DNA of 64,000 bases from contig NC_043008.1 in the NCBI RefSeq assembly GCF_006345805.1, forward strand, positions 3,224,001-3,288,000. The letters are read 5' to 3'. The position numbers and the translations under genes are program-made. The notes beneath the pieces were generated by a model that did not search any database, had not been told where the DNA came from, and worked only from the letters and a program-made list of their open reading frames with translations. Positions 41,790 to 55,433 of this stretch are shown piece by piece. Position 1 is the stretch's first letter, and each line of letters starts with the position of its first letter. Origin of the DNA: Octopus sinensis (Eukaryota).

Positions 41790-42580
41790 TAGTAAATGCT
41801 TGTGTCTGCTCTGGCGAAGGTCAGAAACTGTAGAGTTATTTTTAGCAATGGTGTTATGGGTGTGTAGGTAGTCGAGGATGGAGGAACTAGTTGAATGTTA
41901 AACTATTTAGGAGTAGGAATTAGAATTGAATATTAGGGGATTTATTGGCTTAAGGTTTCAAAATAAATTAAAGACAGATTAAGGAATTAATATTTATCCT
42001 ATAAAGTGATGCGGTAAGGTAGATAGAAGAGATATAGAGATATAGGAGAGATAGGAGAGAGTATGTGCTAACGATCATAGAGGTTTGTAAGTGGGTGGTA
42101 TTCGTGGAGGGTGAACTTACATTTAGATTTATGGAAGAATTTAAAATTGTGGAAGAATTTTTGCTTACACGTAGTGAAGGTTTCGTTGTATTGCTTAAGC
42201 AACTGTGGGCAGTTATGGGTTAACATTTTGAGGGCTTCTTTCAAGTAGAGTCCACAAGTGGAGTGTTGGGCCAACACTTACTTGTACCAGGATTACCCGA
42301 GTCTATTATAGCCCAAGAAAGTCTATATTGTATTTTTCTATTAATTAGATGGTGTACGTGGCTGACTAGTGATGTGGAATTGCTATTCTCTTTTTATTTA
42401 AACGAGTTTAAATGTATATATGATTGTTTAAAACATGTAGTACCTATAGGAGGTATTTGCTATGCTGTGAAAGATGCGTTGGTATACGACGTTGAATCCT
42501 CTGCATTGGTGTTGCAGCGGGCAGTCTGTCCTGGATATGCAGTTTCAGATATCAGTTCTACGATGTTTAATTGGAGAGAG
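41790..42580 (-). mobile_element. Penelope-like element 3' part: GIY-YIG endonuclease remnant and downstream terminal region
   Basis: NCISRTDCPLQHQCRGFNVVYQ...IHLNSFK.KENSNSTSLVSHVHHL...LSWAII...CGLYLKEALK...LLKQYNETFTTC matches the Penelope C-terminal CxC..CPL / H..SF / C.LC..EK pattern. Confidence 0.75.
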
Positions 42581-42611
42581 AGATGAGGTAGTGCTGCTAG
42601 TGACATTCACA

Positions 42612-42647
<36 letters not shown>

Positions 42648-42651
<4 letters not shown>

Positions 42652-44493
42652 AAACAGATCTCTGTGTGTCTGTCTGTGTGTATGCTTGTTATGCATTTCA
42701 CACTTTTCAACCGATTTACCTCAAACTTGATACGTCAGCTTATGCTCCAAGGATGGACCTACTTTGTATTTTCTAGATCCCCCTCCCCACGCGTATAACC
42801 AAAAACTGTGAATAACTGTTCGGAAAACTTGTTTTTCGAGCGATTTCCTCCAACTTTTGCACGACCATTACTCATGGCATAAGAATTTGTTTTGCTTAAA
42901 ATTTTGTCATGGTCAACCGCGTTAATCGTGAAAAATCCGCGAATAACTGCGTGAAAATTTGTCTTTTGCCAATAAATTTCGCAATTCTCTAATGATTCGC
43001 TCCAAATTTGGCACAAACATTACTCATGCTTTAAGAATTATTTTAAACTTACGTTTTTGTCAACTCAATCCACGTTGAATGAGAAAAGTATGCGTATAAC
43101 TGCGCAAAATTCGGTATTTTGCCAATAGCTTCCGCTGTTCCAAAACTGATTCGCTCCAAATTTGGCAAGAATATTACCCGTGCTTAATTGATTGTTTTAA
43201 CTAATGTTTTGTCAAGTTTATTTGCATTAAACTTTCAATTAACTGGACTAAACTTGGCTTTGAGCTTAGAACTTCTGCCGTTTACTCACGCGCCAAGGAT
43301 AGTGGGGCAGTTTTACCTCACCGATTTGATTTATGTAATTATCCACCAACTCTATTATCGCCTCCTGTTATGATCCACCCGACACACACTTCAGCACAAA
43401 TTATCTTGAATTACTATCCTCTCATGATGTCCTAACACAAGGTGAACTACGAGCATGACCTTTGACATGTAAGCGTGAATGCTATTAATGTGCACCCCGA
43501 TTTTTGATCTGTGTACATTAGTGCTTAATTAACCCTCCCCCCCACGCTGTTATCCCTACAGCCACGATGCCCCTCCCCCCACTTCAGCCTTTTATTTGGT
43601 GTGAACTACTTTTACCACGTCCTTAAAGATTACTGTCTTCCCCCTCCCCCACCATTTTCGCCGACGACCATAATGCCCTCTTTTCGCCCCCATTTTCCTT
43701 AATGGTATGTCAATGGTCTGCCATTAAGGGGCGAAATGTGAACATTACTTTTGACCTGTGCGCGTAAATACTATTGATTATTCACCGTAATGAGCCTGTC
43801 CAATTAATTCTTTGAATTTTATTGATGAAACAGCCTTCGCCTGATCATGCCAGTGTCAAATCCTAATTATTGATGCGCTTTTCTGCATATCTGATACGTG
43901 CTTCGGCTTACAGGTTAGGCATTTGACATATATTATTGCTTCAGCTTCATACTTCCTCTTGAAATATTTCGTTGTCTTCATACTCAATGAAGTTAACTCG
44001 TTCATACTGTTGCCACCGAACAGGTTTTAGCTTATGTATCGTGAAAAAATGATTGTACTCAGTGTCTTTGTGTGCACATAGCTAACTGCCTGTCCCTGTT
44101 CCTACCTTTTTTGAATAATACGTTTAGTAGGCTCAATGTTATACTTCGTGCCAAATTCGTTTTCAGTGTGCCCTTTGCCCCATTTTTAAAACACTCGCAA
44201 GTTAAACATAGTCCAATACTACCACAATGCCACCTAAGAAAACAATGCGCCTTGGTCATGAAACATAGTCTGCTTCGGCTACCAAAGAACGAAGGTTGAG
44301 CCATGTTTCTCTCTTTGCCAGTTACATGTCGGGTGCTCCAGAGCTGGAAGCCAATAAAATATATTTGTACTTGCCCCTAATGGCAAAACGAAAAATGTGG
44401 TCTACACAGAGGTGTTGCAGGCACTTCATGCGCCAACTGCTTTCAAATTCGTGAATTGTTGTAGTTTTCGAATTATGCCAGCTGATTGGCTAG
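42648..44493 (+). mobile_element. Non-autonomous Helitron remnant with ~150-bp internal subrepeats and helicase C-terminus
   Basis: 5' atataaaa...ctctgtgtgtctgtctgtgtg...ttcaaccgattt; three subrepeats at ~42801, 42942 and 43096; EPCFSLCQLHVGCSRAG...APNGKTKNVVYTEVL at 44298-44420 (PIF1-type Helitron end); gccagctgattggc hairpin and CTAG at 44477-44493. Confidence 0.75.
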
Positions 44494-45410
44494 GTGAGGA
44501 AGCCCAACTTTTCTGATGGGAATGACACACCGTTGCAAAGTTACCTACTTTGGAGCCAGTATTCCATAAAGGAATTATTCCGAATCTCTCGAAAATTCAT
44601 AAAATATTACGACGTCAATAATATTCGGTATATGTATATATATATATTCTTTATTCCTATTTACCTTTTCCAAAATGCGTTACAACATTTCTTTTTACTC
44701 TTGTTAATGCAACTTCTACCAGGGAACAACACTGCAAAACCTGAACAGAACCTGCACTATCCCGTGTAACTATTAGACATAAAAGCAAAGAATAAGAGAA
44801 AGCAAAGACATGAACCAGGATGAAAGCTCATTAAGCACGTTCAGAGAAGCTGCGCGGTTGTTCATGGGATGTGAAAATGATTTATGAGATTTTAAAGAAT
44901 TGATAGATACTTCCTGGTTGCAGATTACTTAAATTGTAAGTTCTGAAAGTATTGAACCCGGGATTCTTATTGTCAATTAGAAAATTTGCCATGAATAACA
45001 GTTTGATCTTTTAAATATGCAAAGACCACATAAGAAATCTAACCAATGCCACCCAAGAACTTTGCATCGAATTGGCTGATTGACGTCAGCGCCAACCATC
45101 AACTTTTACAAATGCACCTAATGACATCTCCATTATTTAACGAATCGATGTTGTCGATTACAAATAAATCAAGCTTAATGTAATAAATTCTCTCAGCGAT
45201 GAGACCGATATGAAGAGAAGTAAATATGCCAGACAAGGTCAGGCAGCAGTATTTCCACGAGAATGGAAAGGAATGCAATCGTGCTCTATTCGGTATCAGA
45301 TCTTGTCTGCCAGACCTGGAGGATATGACAGTCTGAAAATCGAACGAGACTGTTACTAACTTTGTGCGAGCTATGCTACTACAAACGACAATCATATTCT
45401 CCTCCCCACC

Positions 45411-45459
<49 letters not shown>

Positions 45460-45769
45460 ACATCGTGTTATCTCTTCTTTTTATGATAACATAACTACAG
45501 AACCACTCCACACATACACCACAGTAACAAAATAACTGTTTCTTACAGACTGTCGTTTCCTAATGAACCATCATGCCCAATATATTCTTTTAACAAGAAA
45601 ATAGGGTAAAAGGATGATTTGAAAGTTTTATCTTTCCTCTGCCGCATACATCTTTCAATAGAGTATTTTATTCTTATATTAGCTTCATTTTCATTTTACT
45701 CCGAACCCACCCATCAATAAATGACAGAATTTTGTCCAAACCTCCTCTCTTACCTGCTAAGCAATAAAC

Positions 45770-47029
45770 TGCGAACATCGGCTGAAAATTTCATAGGCTG
45801 ACCAGGTAACTCTCATGGAATGTGACCGAATGACGTGTTTTTTGGGGTTTTTTTTAGCATAGTACTTCCGCCTACAGCCAACACACTTCTTTCTTCGGTG
45901 TTGCAGTGCTTGGATCCCGTTGCTGAAGAAGCTTTCATTCTATTGATTAAACAATTTACTAACAAGAGTAATTATCACTACGATACTAGTTCCCTGCAAA
46001 GTCTTTTCTCATGTTGGGGAATAAATGATAGCCAAATAGGGCTACATAAATTAAAAATAGAAGGCAGCCAACCATTCCAAAGACACTGCCATGCACAGCA
46101 ACCATTGAAGGCAAGGACTTGTCTGCTGGATTATTTTCTTGGTGAAACAAGATCCATCTCGTCAGTTTTCCTGGGCATTTAACCTTGACAACCTTTCACA
46201 ACTGCCTCACCAAGTTGGCATAGAATATTCCATTGATGGTGTTTCCCATTTGAAGATGCTCAATAAACACAACGTTTATTGTCCCAAAATGTGATGCCAT
46301 CAATTTCAATGCCGGCGAAACGACATTTGCCTTCTTTGGCATAGGTGAGGTGTTGTGTTACCGCTACATGGATTGTTTCTTTGTCTCTGGGCGAAAGTGA
46401 TAGAGTCAAAACTCATCTTGGGTTACAAAACGTTCTACGAAACCAGCTGGCTCCACCTCAAAGGGTATCAGGTTTGTCTGTGTTGTGATCAGCCTGGTGC
46501 GATTTTGATCGTCATGCTCAGGTCGTTTTGCAGAATATCCTCACTCTCTCATAGGACATGTCAATACTATTGGCTATTTTACTTATAGTCAACTGTCTGT
46601 CATCCATCACCAGTCTGGTGAACATAATCATTATCTTCCTCGGTTGTGGCAGTTGCAAGAAAACTGACATTGAGTCATCTTCAAGACCACGTTTTACCTC
46701 TTAAATTCAGACGCCCACTTTTGCACTCTTTATAAAGTTTCAACGTCATCCCCTAATATAGCAACCATGTCAGTATGAATGTCCCTGAGGGTTAAACCCT
46801 TTTTCATTCAGATACTTGGTAACACCACAATGCCAAATTATGACATTTTTCAAGAGATGCCGCTACCAGTTGCATTTGAAATCTTCTTTGAACACCCAGA
46901 TATCAGTTTACCTAAGAAGAAACAATGTAGCTATTAATAAGGAGAGTTGAAATTACTGCAAGCAAGACATCGCACTTCTAGCATCGCTCCTTCATAGCCG
47001 AGTTATGAACTTTTCAACCCAGACTCGTA
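45770..47029 (-). mobile_element. Full-length (~1.26 kb) decayed mariner (DD34D, irritans-like)
   Basis: TIRs tgcgaacatcggctgaaaatttcata and reverse complement tacgagtctgggttgaaaagttcata; disrupted ORF ...KKGLTLRDIHTDMVAILGDD...VQKWASEF...GNTINGIFYANL...ILFHQENNPA. Confidence 0.85.
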
Positions 47030-47915
47030 TATCTTCACCTGTTACGGGTAGAGCTGCGATAGTGTTGCATAATCGAAAGGAAACACTAAACGTATGGGCA
47101 TTTATGGATATGTAATCCTAATTTCAACTGAAATGCTTTAATTATTCATATTATTCACATCGTTCCTACGTCTGCATTTGCCTGTGAGTGTGTTTCTGTT
47201 TCCCTCCGTGGATAGATCACATAAACAGCGTGTCTTATGCGTTATAAGAAAACGGAAACTTGGTGGATGATTGCCAAGTTTAAAATTTTCGCTGCACCAT
47301 TAAATGCTTGTCTATTTTACATATTGTATACGACCTCTGGGTACAGAAATATTTTTAGTAAATCACTCGTGAAAAAGATAACGACATATTCCAGACGTAC
47401 TTGCAATATGAATTCACAACACAAAGTTGAATCGTGATTTCATTGAGTAATTTCATTATTTCCTATAAATCATTTGTCACGCAAATTTCTTGTAACAGCG
47501 CTAGTGCTAAGCTGGTCATTTCTAAAAGCAAATAACAATTTACTGTCAGATTATATTAAGAAGCATACCTAGTGGTTTTCATTAGTAAAAGTATTGATGT
47601 AACAAGCAGGCCAGGATCGCAATAAGTGTAGTACAGATTGGATTTCGTAATGGCTCAGACGCTAGATTTTAGCATCAACCTCTCCGTTGATACCAGACAA
47701 GATATAATACCATTCTCACCAGACTATCTATAAATGAACTAAAGCTTAGATTTTTCAAAATAAGCGGTGGGTTTTAACGTAAATTTATACAAATATATGC
47801 AAATAAGAAAGCAATTTCACGGGCATATTGCTTTTATTCCATACATGCACACACATATTTTCTTCTATGCAATTCTTTAACCATACATACATACATACAT
47901 ACATACATACATACA

Positions 47916-47951
<36 letters not shown>

Positions 47952-48524
47952 TATATATAAGAGTTTTATGTGTGTGTGAGTGCGTATATTCTTTCTGCAT
48001 TCCAAGATCGCGTTGCCGATTTTGGCGTATGGGGTAGCAAAAGATTCAATAAACTTTCGGCTACCAGCTAAACTTTATCTTCATTCATATATTTGCCTTA
48101 CAAAGATTTAACATTATACTTATTCTTTTAGGCACTTATCGTAAATGACATTTTATACCACCAAGACAGCAACGCTGACGTCACATTTGTTATAGGATTG
48201 TGTTCATGTGTTCGTTACGTACGTTAGGCCGATGGCTGTTAGGTATATGTGTGTGTGACGACTGACACACAGATACACATCTAAAAACAGAGAGAGACAC
48301 ACAGGAACAGAGATAGGCTAAGGGTATGGCGCTAATCTATCTGTGTGCGTGTCTTAATATATGTATGTGACTTTACCCCCACCCTCCCAACTTCAGTTGC
48401 AGTGTAGCAGCTGAAGCTAAGGTGGTATATTCTGGATGCCGTCAGTCAGAGGGCTTACATTTGCCGGAAGGGCATACCTCTCGTGACAGCAATACGATAA
48501 ATTGTATTTCTTGTTGATGAATAC

Positions 48525-48660
48525 TATGGGTTGTTGGAGGATATGCAGTTATTCGCGGAGGTGTCTCTGGATCTGAAGGAGTGCATATGCTGGGAGAATC
48601 TTCTTTTGAAGACATTGGCTGTCATACCCTTATAGTGCCTAGTAATTACAAAAAAACATG
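48525..48660 (-). mobile_element. Penelope GIY-YIG fragment
   Basis: HYKGMTANVFKRRFSQHMHSFR fits the Y(I)G.T...FK.R...H..SF motif. Confidence 0.7.
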
Positions 48661-49458
48661 TGCATACACACACACTCACACCCACACACACACACATACA
48701 TACATCTATCAACCTAACAATCCACTAACTATTCTACTCTCCCTGTGTAAACTGTGGGTATGGAGGTATGCTATAAAGACATTTGTTCTTGCTTCGTAGT
48801 TTAGACAAGGTAAAGCCTATTTTTATTATATTCGTTACATTCACTGTGTGTGTTTCTTAAAAGTAAGAAATTTGTGGATTAGGAGTGTTAACTCCTATTT
48901 CTAGCAAGTGGGATTCCAGTACACTATTATATTTCTTTGTATATTTTACTTATATAGGTTAAACTTGTTGGCCACTTTATTATTATCATTATCTTTAATA
49001 AAGATTATAATGCTTTATCAAATTATATATATATTTATTTATTTATATATTCAGGAACTCTTTAGAACTTGGTATTCGTTGCTTTAATCAAGAAAATTCA
49101 CCTATTTTTCATGCATTCTTGTTATTGTGGGTCAATCTTTATATGTAACGTTCAGATTGGTGTCATTAAATTTAATAAAATTACTGACTTTTAAGGAATA
49201 TCTTTACGAACTCTTTATTATTGATAATTGCGATAATGTTGTTTACTCTAGAATTTGATATTGTGTTCGAACTATTATCTTCTACATATTTACACCGTGC
49301 TGTTCATGTGTTCGTACGTGCGCGCGTGTGTGTGTGTTAGTGTGTGTGCCTGTCTCTGTGCATGTGTATGTATGTATCTATAAGTCTTTTTGTATGCATA
49401 CACATATATTTATACCAGTAGAACAATTACTTTGCGATATGTGTGTTTATGCTAAGAT

Positions 49459-49518
49459 ACATGGATAGCTAGGCGGACACATGGAAAGCTAGGTGCACAC
49501 ATGGATAGCTAGGCGGAT
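49459..49518. repeat. 20-bp tandem repeat, 3 copies
   Basis: acatggatagctaggcggac / acatggaaagctaggtgcac / acatggatagctaggcggat. Confidence 0.85.
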
Positions 49519-50497
49519 AGATGAATTTTTCATGTGTCTAAATTCTTAAGAAGTTCATTTTGCCATCACACGTAGAAGAGTTACGGTATATTGTCTGGTA
49601 GGTTGTATAAGTATATTTTTACCATAACTTCGGTTCAAAACAACTTTGTGTAGAATTTCGAGCAGAAGAAACCCAGTAATATAGATGGTACCCGTAATTC
49701 ACTCGTCCATCACGTGTCTTTATACACCGCTTGCCTAAGTGCTGAAACGAAATTCGCTTAAGGATGCAAACTTAAGTCAAACTCAGGATGTTCAAAACAT
49801 CATCATTGCCGCCCAAAAAGTGGAGGGGCAGTTTTACCACCCTGCACTCAGTTTTCCTGAGCCTTTCACCAATTCAAGAAACAACGAATCGCCGGAACAT
49901 CATCATGCCTGAGATATAAACGGCAAAATAAATACGCAGAGCTATTTTTTGGTTTCGGCGAATCATTCTTTCCTCTTATATATTTAATAGAGATAATGGT
50001 CATAACTGCAGCAAATTTCTATTTAAGTGTAAAGCACTCACCGAAAAAACGCTTTCATAATACAGATTAATACTTGCCTTGTGACTTTTATGTGAATCGA
50101 GTTACCATAAAAATCCCAGTGAAGTAGCTTATGTTGTTAAATGTAATATATTTCCCGGTACAAATCTCTTCAGTTATTTCCACGAGAATCGTTAAACATA
50201 GGATTTTTGTTGCTTCTTCACAAACGCACTCACTTCCATCATTCCATACGTTGTTATAGCTTTATAATCAAAGCCTTGCGTCTTCACGGCAAACTTTGTC
50301 TTCCTACGCACACTCAAGAAGTGATTAAATACATAGACATTCATCTCCAACTTATTCCTAATTAGTTATAGAGCACTCTCAGTGAATACATAATTCGCTG
50401 ACACAAGATATGGCCCTTGAGATTCACGTCTACTTACTACCAGGCCAGAAGGCACATGCATATATAAATATATAATCACGCACACACGCACATACAC

Positions 50498-50549
<52 letters not shown>

Positions 50550-50595
50550 GGGGTATATATATCTATATCTATCGATCTATATATCTAACTATCTA

Positions 50596-50660
<65 letters not shown>

Positions 50661-51950
50661 TTGCCTTATATATTTGAATAGATACACAGATCGACAGCCA
50701 ATAAGATGGATAAACATATATACATATAGGTATATATTTATGCATACATACATTCACACAAACACACACATTCCTACACGAATTGTTCCATATAAACAGT
50801 TACCTCCAATGAAGAATTTCCACATTTCATAAATAACTGGTTATTGATATTCTGCAAGAAACACTTACAACTAATATCGGTGCTGCTGCTGCTACGAAGG
50901 CTGATGATATTGTTGCTGGTGTCGGCAGCGTTGTTTGTAAACGTTATTGTATCTGTACTTGCCATTAACATTCTTTTACGTACATCTATTATAATATTTT
51001 GCACGCTCTTCCCCAGAAGTATTATATGGTTGATATTATTCCTTGAAATTTGAAATAAATTTCTTCAAATCATCCTCAAACGCAACAAATGTTCTTTATA
51101 TAAGTAGTAAACACACAGTATTCCTCTGTATTTACAAGAAAATTGTTCCAATTGCAACGTTCATCACTCGCATTTGTGACGGCGTTTATCTAGAATAAAT
51201 TGAGCTGGTTATTTCAAGTGAAACCATAATGGCAGAAAAAGATAACTATTGTTCTCGGCGCACACCGATGACAGATATCATCTGCCTGTTGTGATTTCCA
51301 AATCTGGACACCTTTCGAGTGATGAAATAACATCAGTTAAGATGCAAACTTAGTCATAATTTTAATAATTTCGGCCATTCTATCTACAACCCATAGGTGA
51401 ATGGATCACTAAGCAATTCCTCTGGCGGTAAACGAAATATTCAGCCAATGCTTTCCTTCATGTAAGGGACTTCAGGATTATTAAGAACAACATAATGAAA
51501 GCGATCACATATTAACACGAGGCTTCCTACCTTTCGCATTATGATGGATAGCGAACAGTAAGATAAATGATTATTAGATAAATCTTCAGTTTTACAAATC
51601 GATAAACATATGTATTTGTTTTGGTTTGGATTCATTTTGCCTGATTTTTTTTTTCAGAAAAAATAAAAATAAAAGAAATAGGATGTAACTTAAAATTGCA
51701 AAGCCATATTGATAAATTTTGTGAGTATGCGTGTGTATGTATATGTGCGCGCGAGTGTGTGTGTATGCGTGTGAGTGTGTGTGTGTGTGTGTGTATGCAT
51801 AAAGGGATATGCATTTATGCAGTTATATGCTTTTGTGAGGATAGATTATGATTAAATGTGTGTACATACATATATGAATGTCTACACACACTCACAAACA
51901 CACACACACACACCAAAATGTATATATGTTGTCCGTGTCTGTGTTTGTGC

Positions 51951-52004
<54 letters not shown>

Positions 52005-52031
52005 GGATGGATAGATAAGATAGATAGATAT

Positions 52032-52120
<89 letters not shown>

Positions 52121-52232
52121 GAGACATACAGACAGACGGACATACAGATAGATAGACAGACATACATACAGACAGACAGACAGATGCATACATAGATAGA
52201 CAGACAGACGGGCAGGCAGGCATTCGACAGAC

Positions 52233-52321
<89 letters not shown>

Positions 52322-52671
52322 TATATAGATACATAGACAGACAGGCAGACAGACAGACAGATATGTTTCTTTATTATCCACACAGGGCTGAACACAGATA
52401 GACAGACATACAGACACTTACAACAAATATCGTTGCTGCTGCTACGAAGGCTGATGGTATAGACAGACAGATAATTAGACAGATGGATAGACAGATGGAT
52501 AGATAGAATCACTGTGGTGTGGATGATGATGATGATGATGATGATGATGGCGGCAATGATGGCAAGAACGACGCCGGTACTTAGCATGGCTGCGGCATCG
52601 ATGAAGTACAACAACGACGACGACGACGATGATGACGGCGATATCACCGATAACGATGACGACGACGACGA

Positions 52672-52702
<31 letters not shown>

Positions 52703-53489
52703 GATGATGATGGTGATGTTCTACTACAAACCAAACAAGTAATATTTATTTCAATAAATGTTGAAAACCGATAACATATGGCGATGATGTGGACAGTATT
52801 TTAATTAATATACAAATAAATTATAACAAATATTCAATAAGCGAATAAATAAACTTTCAAAATTAAAGTTTATGTCCAAACTACGTGTTGCTAAAGACTT
52901 TCCCAGACTTAATTACCAACTAATAAATACACAAGTTCCATCATCTATATTAAATCGACCAATAAACAGACTTATGTAAATGAAACTATTTATTTCTCCA
53001 AATACATAAGTTTTCAGCTGTCAGTTCGGGTTTTGATGGGGGTTTTCATGTTATTGTTGTTTGCGTTGGTGTTTTATAAGTTTGTTTTTTCTTACGTTTT
53101 TTTAAAAATATATATTATCTATTTATTTATGGATTGTTGGCAACCAAGATTTGTTACTTTAAGCAGTCAAAGTGAAATATCAATACCATCTTTGTTTGAT
53201 AACTTTGTTGCATATAAGGGGTGAAGTGAAACAGGGAGAAAATATAGGGAGAAAGCGGGTTGCTTGCCTGTGGCAGCAGATCAATCAAAACTTAAGGAAA
53301 ATATTATCATTATTGTTATCTTTTTTTCTTCTTCTTTCAAATTTGCTTCCATTTCTTGCCGAGTGTCTTCCCGACTCCTAGGGCAAAGAAACTCATAGTA
53401 TACATTGGTAGGCCATTAAACTAAACTCACTAGTTCGTTCATTTTTTTTTTTTTTAAGTTAAATTAAAATACATGGGTAGTAATAGTTC

Positions 53490-53817
53490 TCACATCGACA
53501 ATGCTCTTCTCAATACGTGTGATGTACCAGTTAAGACAATCTTTTGCACTTCTTGCAGGGATGGTAAGCCAGGGATCATTCTCATATAATTTTCGGTTCC
53601 CTTCTTGATCATTCCTAGTGCTCCTACGATCACTGGTATTGTAGCCGCCTTGAGATGCCACATTTTCTCAATTTCGATGAGCAGGTCTTTATATTTTCTG
53701 AGCTTGTCAAACTCTTTCGCCGAGATATTATGATCACAGGGGATGCTTATGTTGATCAATAAGCAAACTTTATTGTTTTGGTCTTTCACAACAATATCCG
53801 GTTTATTGGCTTTGATG
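53490..53817 (-). mobile_element. R4/Dong-clade non-LTR retrotransposon 3' end (restriction-like endonuclease), open frame
   Basis: KPDIVVKD...LLINISIPCDHNISAKEFDKLRKYKDL...PVIVGALG...QKIVLTGTSHVLRRAL; abuts (ATT)n. Confidence 0.9.
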
Positions 53818-53847
53818 GTTATTATTATTATTATTATTGTTATTATT

Positions 53848-54010
53848 CGCTGGGCGAAATGCTTAGGAATATTTCGTCTGTCGCTACGTTCTGAGTTCAA
53901 ATTTTGCCTTTCAACATTTCGGGGTCGATAAAATCAGTTGAAGACTGGGGTCGATGTGATCGAGTCATCCCTTCCATCAAAATTGCTGCCCTTGTGGCAA
54001 AATGTGTATC
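53848..54010 (+). mobile_element. SINE family B, diverged
   Basis: cgctgggcgaaatgc...gagttcaaatttt gcctttcaacatttcggggtcgataaa. Confidence 0.75.
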
Positions 54011-54016
54011 TATCCA

Positions 54017-54074
<58 letters not shown>

Positions 54075-54076
54075 GT

Positions 54077-54340
54077 TATCAATAATTAATTAATTAATTT
54101 CCTTTGCACAGCTTCTAACGCTGGAGATGTACTACGATGCCAGTTGGTCAATTGTTTACTATCAGTGAACGAAGGTAACACCCCTTATATTTCGAGCACC
54201 TTCCGGAGTATTCGAGCTGTTCCAAGCAGTGCTGTTTTCTGCAAGTGCTCCACCCTTATTGCAGCCCCTATTTGTTCCATGTACTTCTCAAGATTTTTAC
54301 TCACTGCTCCGAGGGCTCCGACAATTATTGGTACTACTAC
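54077..54340 (-). mobile_element. Second R4/Dong family 3' end
   Basis: VVPIIVGALGAVSKNLEKYMEQIG...LQKTALLGTARILRKVLEI* (stop 54185-54187), then 3' UTR and an (AAT)n tract. Confidence 0.88.
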
Positions 54341-54467
54341 AAGATAAACAGCTCATGACCTTGCAAATTTCTTCTTCTTCTTCTTCTTCTTCTTCTTCTT
54401 CTTCTTCTTCTTCTTCTTCTTCTTCTTCTTCTTCTTCTTCTTCTTCTTCTTCTTTTTCTTCTTCTTC

Positions 54468-55433
54468 GACCACACTGAGATAGCGAGGCAAAACGGGGTA
54501 ATGGAGGTCCTTTTTATGACCTAGGGGCAGACAAATTTTGTTCGGTGACCACACGTCGCACCGAGGAAATCGCCTTCTTCCCAACGTACATGGGAAGATG
54601 GGCGGTAAAAATTACGGTACGTTGAGTCGCACCAGGCCTGGATCTATGGTGGATTCTCGCCTGTATTTGTACGGACGGCGGGGAGAATCTCCTGGATGTT
54701 AAGAGATCAAGGAGGAAAACTTTGGTTAGGGTAACCTCGGAAGTTCTTCTCCACGTGAAGCCAGAGCAAGTAGAGAAAGTCCCAGGCCTGATTTCCCTGT
54801 CGAATGGAGTAGAACTAAGCGTGGACATGGAGCGTAGATGGCCGAGGTGCAACGATTGTTTTTCAACGGGCCACTTACGTTTTTTCTGCCCACAGAACCA
54901 GAACAGAAGGGCAGAAAGAAATGTCCAAACGAAAGCACCACAAACCATGAGTCGACAAAACAACAAGAACAACAACAACAGCAGCAGAAAGGCAAGGGAA
55001 TAGAAACAGATGGTTGAACCTAAGGAGACAAAACATTGAAGGCGGCAGTGGGGAAAGGGCTGTCCTAGAGTGTGTTTATTGGAAGGTGGGTGAAAGTTGC
55101 GAAAATGGCAAGTGTAAACCAGTGAGTCGGCGAGAAGGAATTGGTAAAGGTACTTGCTCTTGGGGTTTCAAGGAAATCTCGAACAGTGCGGTTCCTCGAT
55201 CGTCCCTAGAAGCTTTCCTATATCAGGAAGGATGTCCATATCACTATCATTCTCCCCGCCATGATTTTTAACCTTAGTATGCTATGCATTTGTCCCTTCC
55301 TTTTCAGTGTATACCGTATATAATTACTTTTTCTATCATTTCTTTATGCGTAAACCCCACCACTTTATGTCTGTCTTTGAATTGCCCCTTCATCTTTAGC
55401 GCTTGTGGCAAATAAATCATTATTATTATTATT
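54468..55433 (+). mobile_element. gag-like ORF1-only non-LTR element (L1/Tx1-like CCHC zinc knuckle), no ORF2
   Basis: C-ND-C-FSTG-H-LRFF-C at 54848-54889; the frame extends upstream through one stop; ends AATAAA (55411) plus (ATT)5. Confidence 0.65.
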
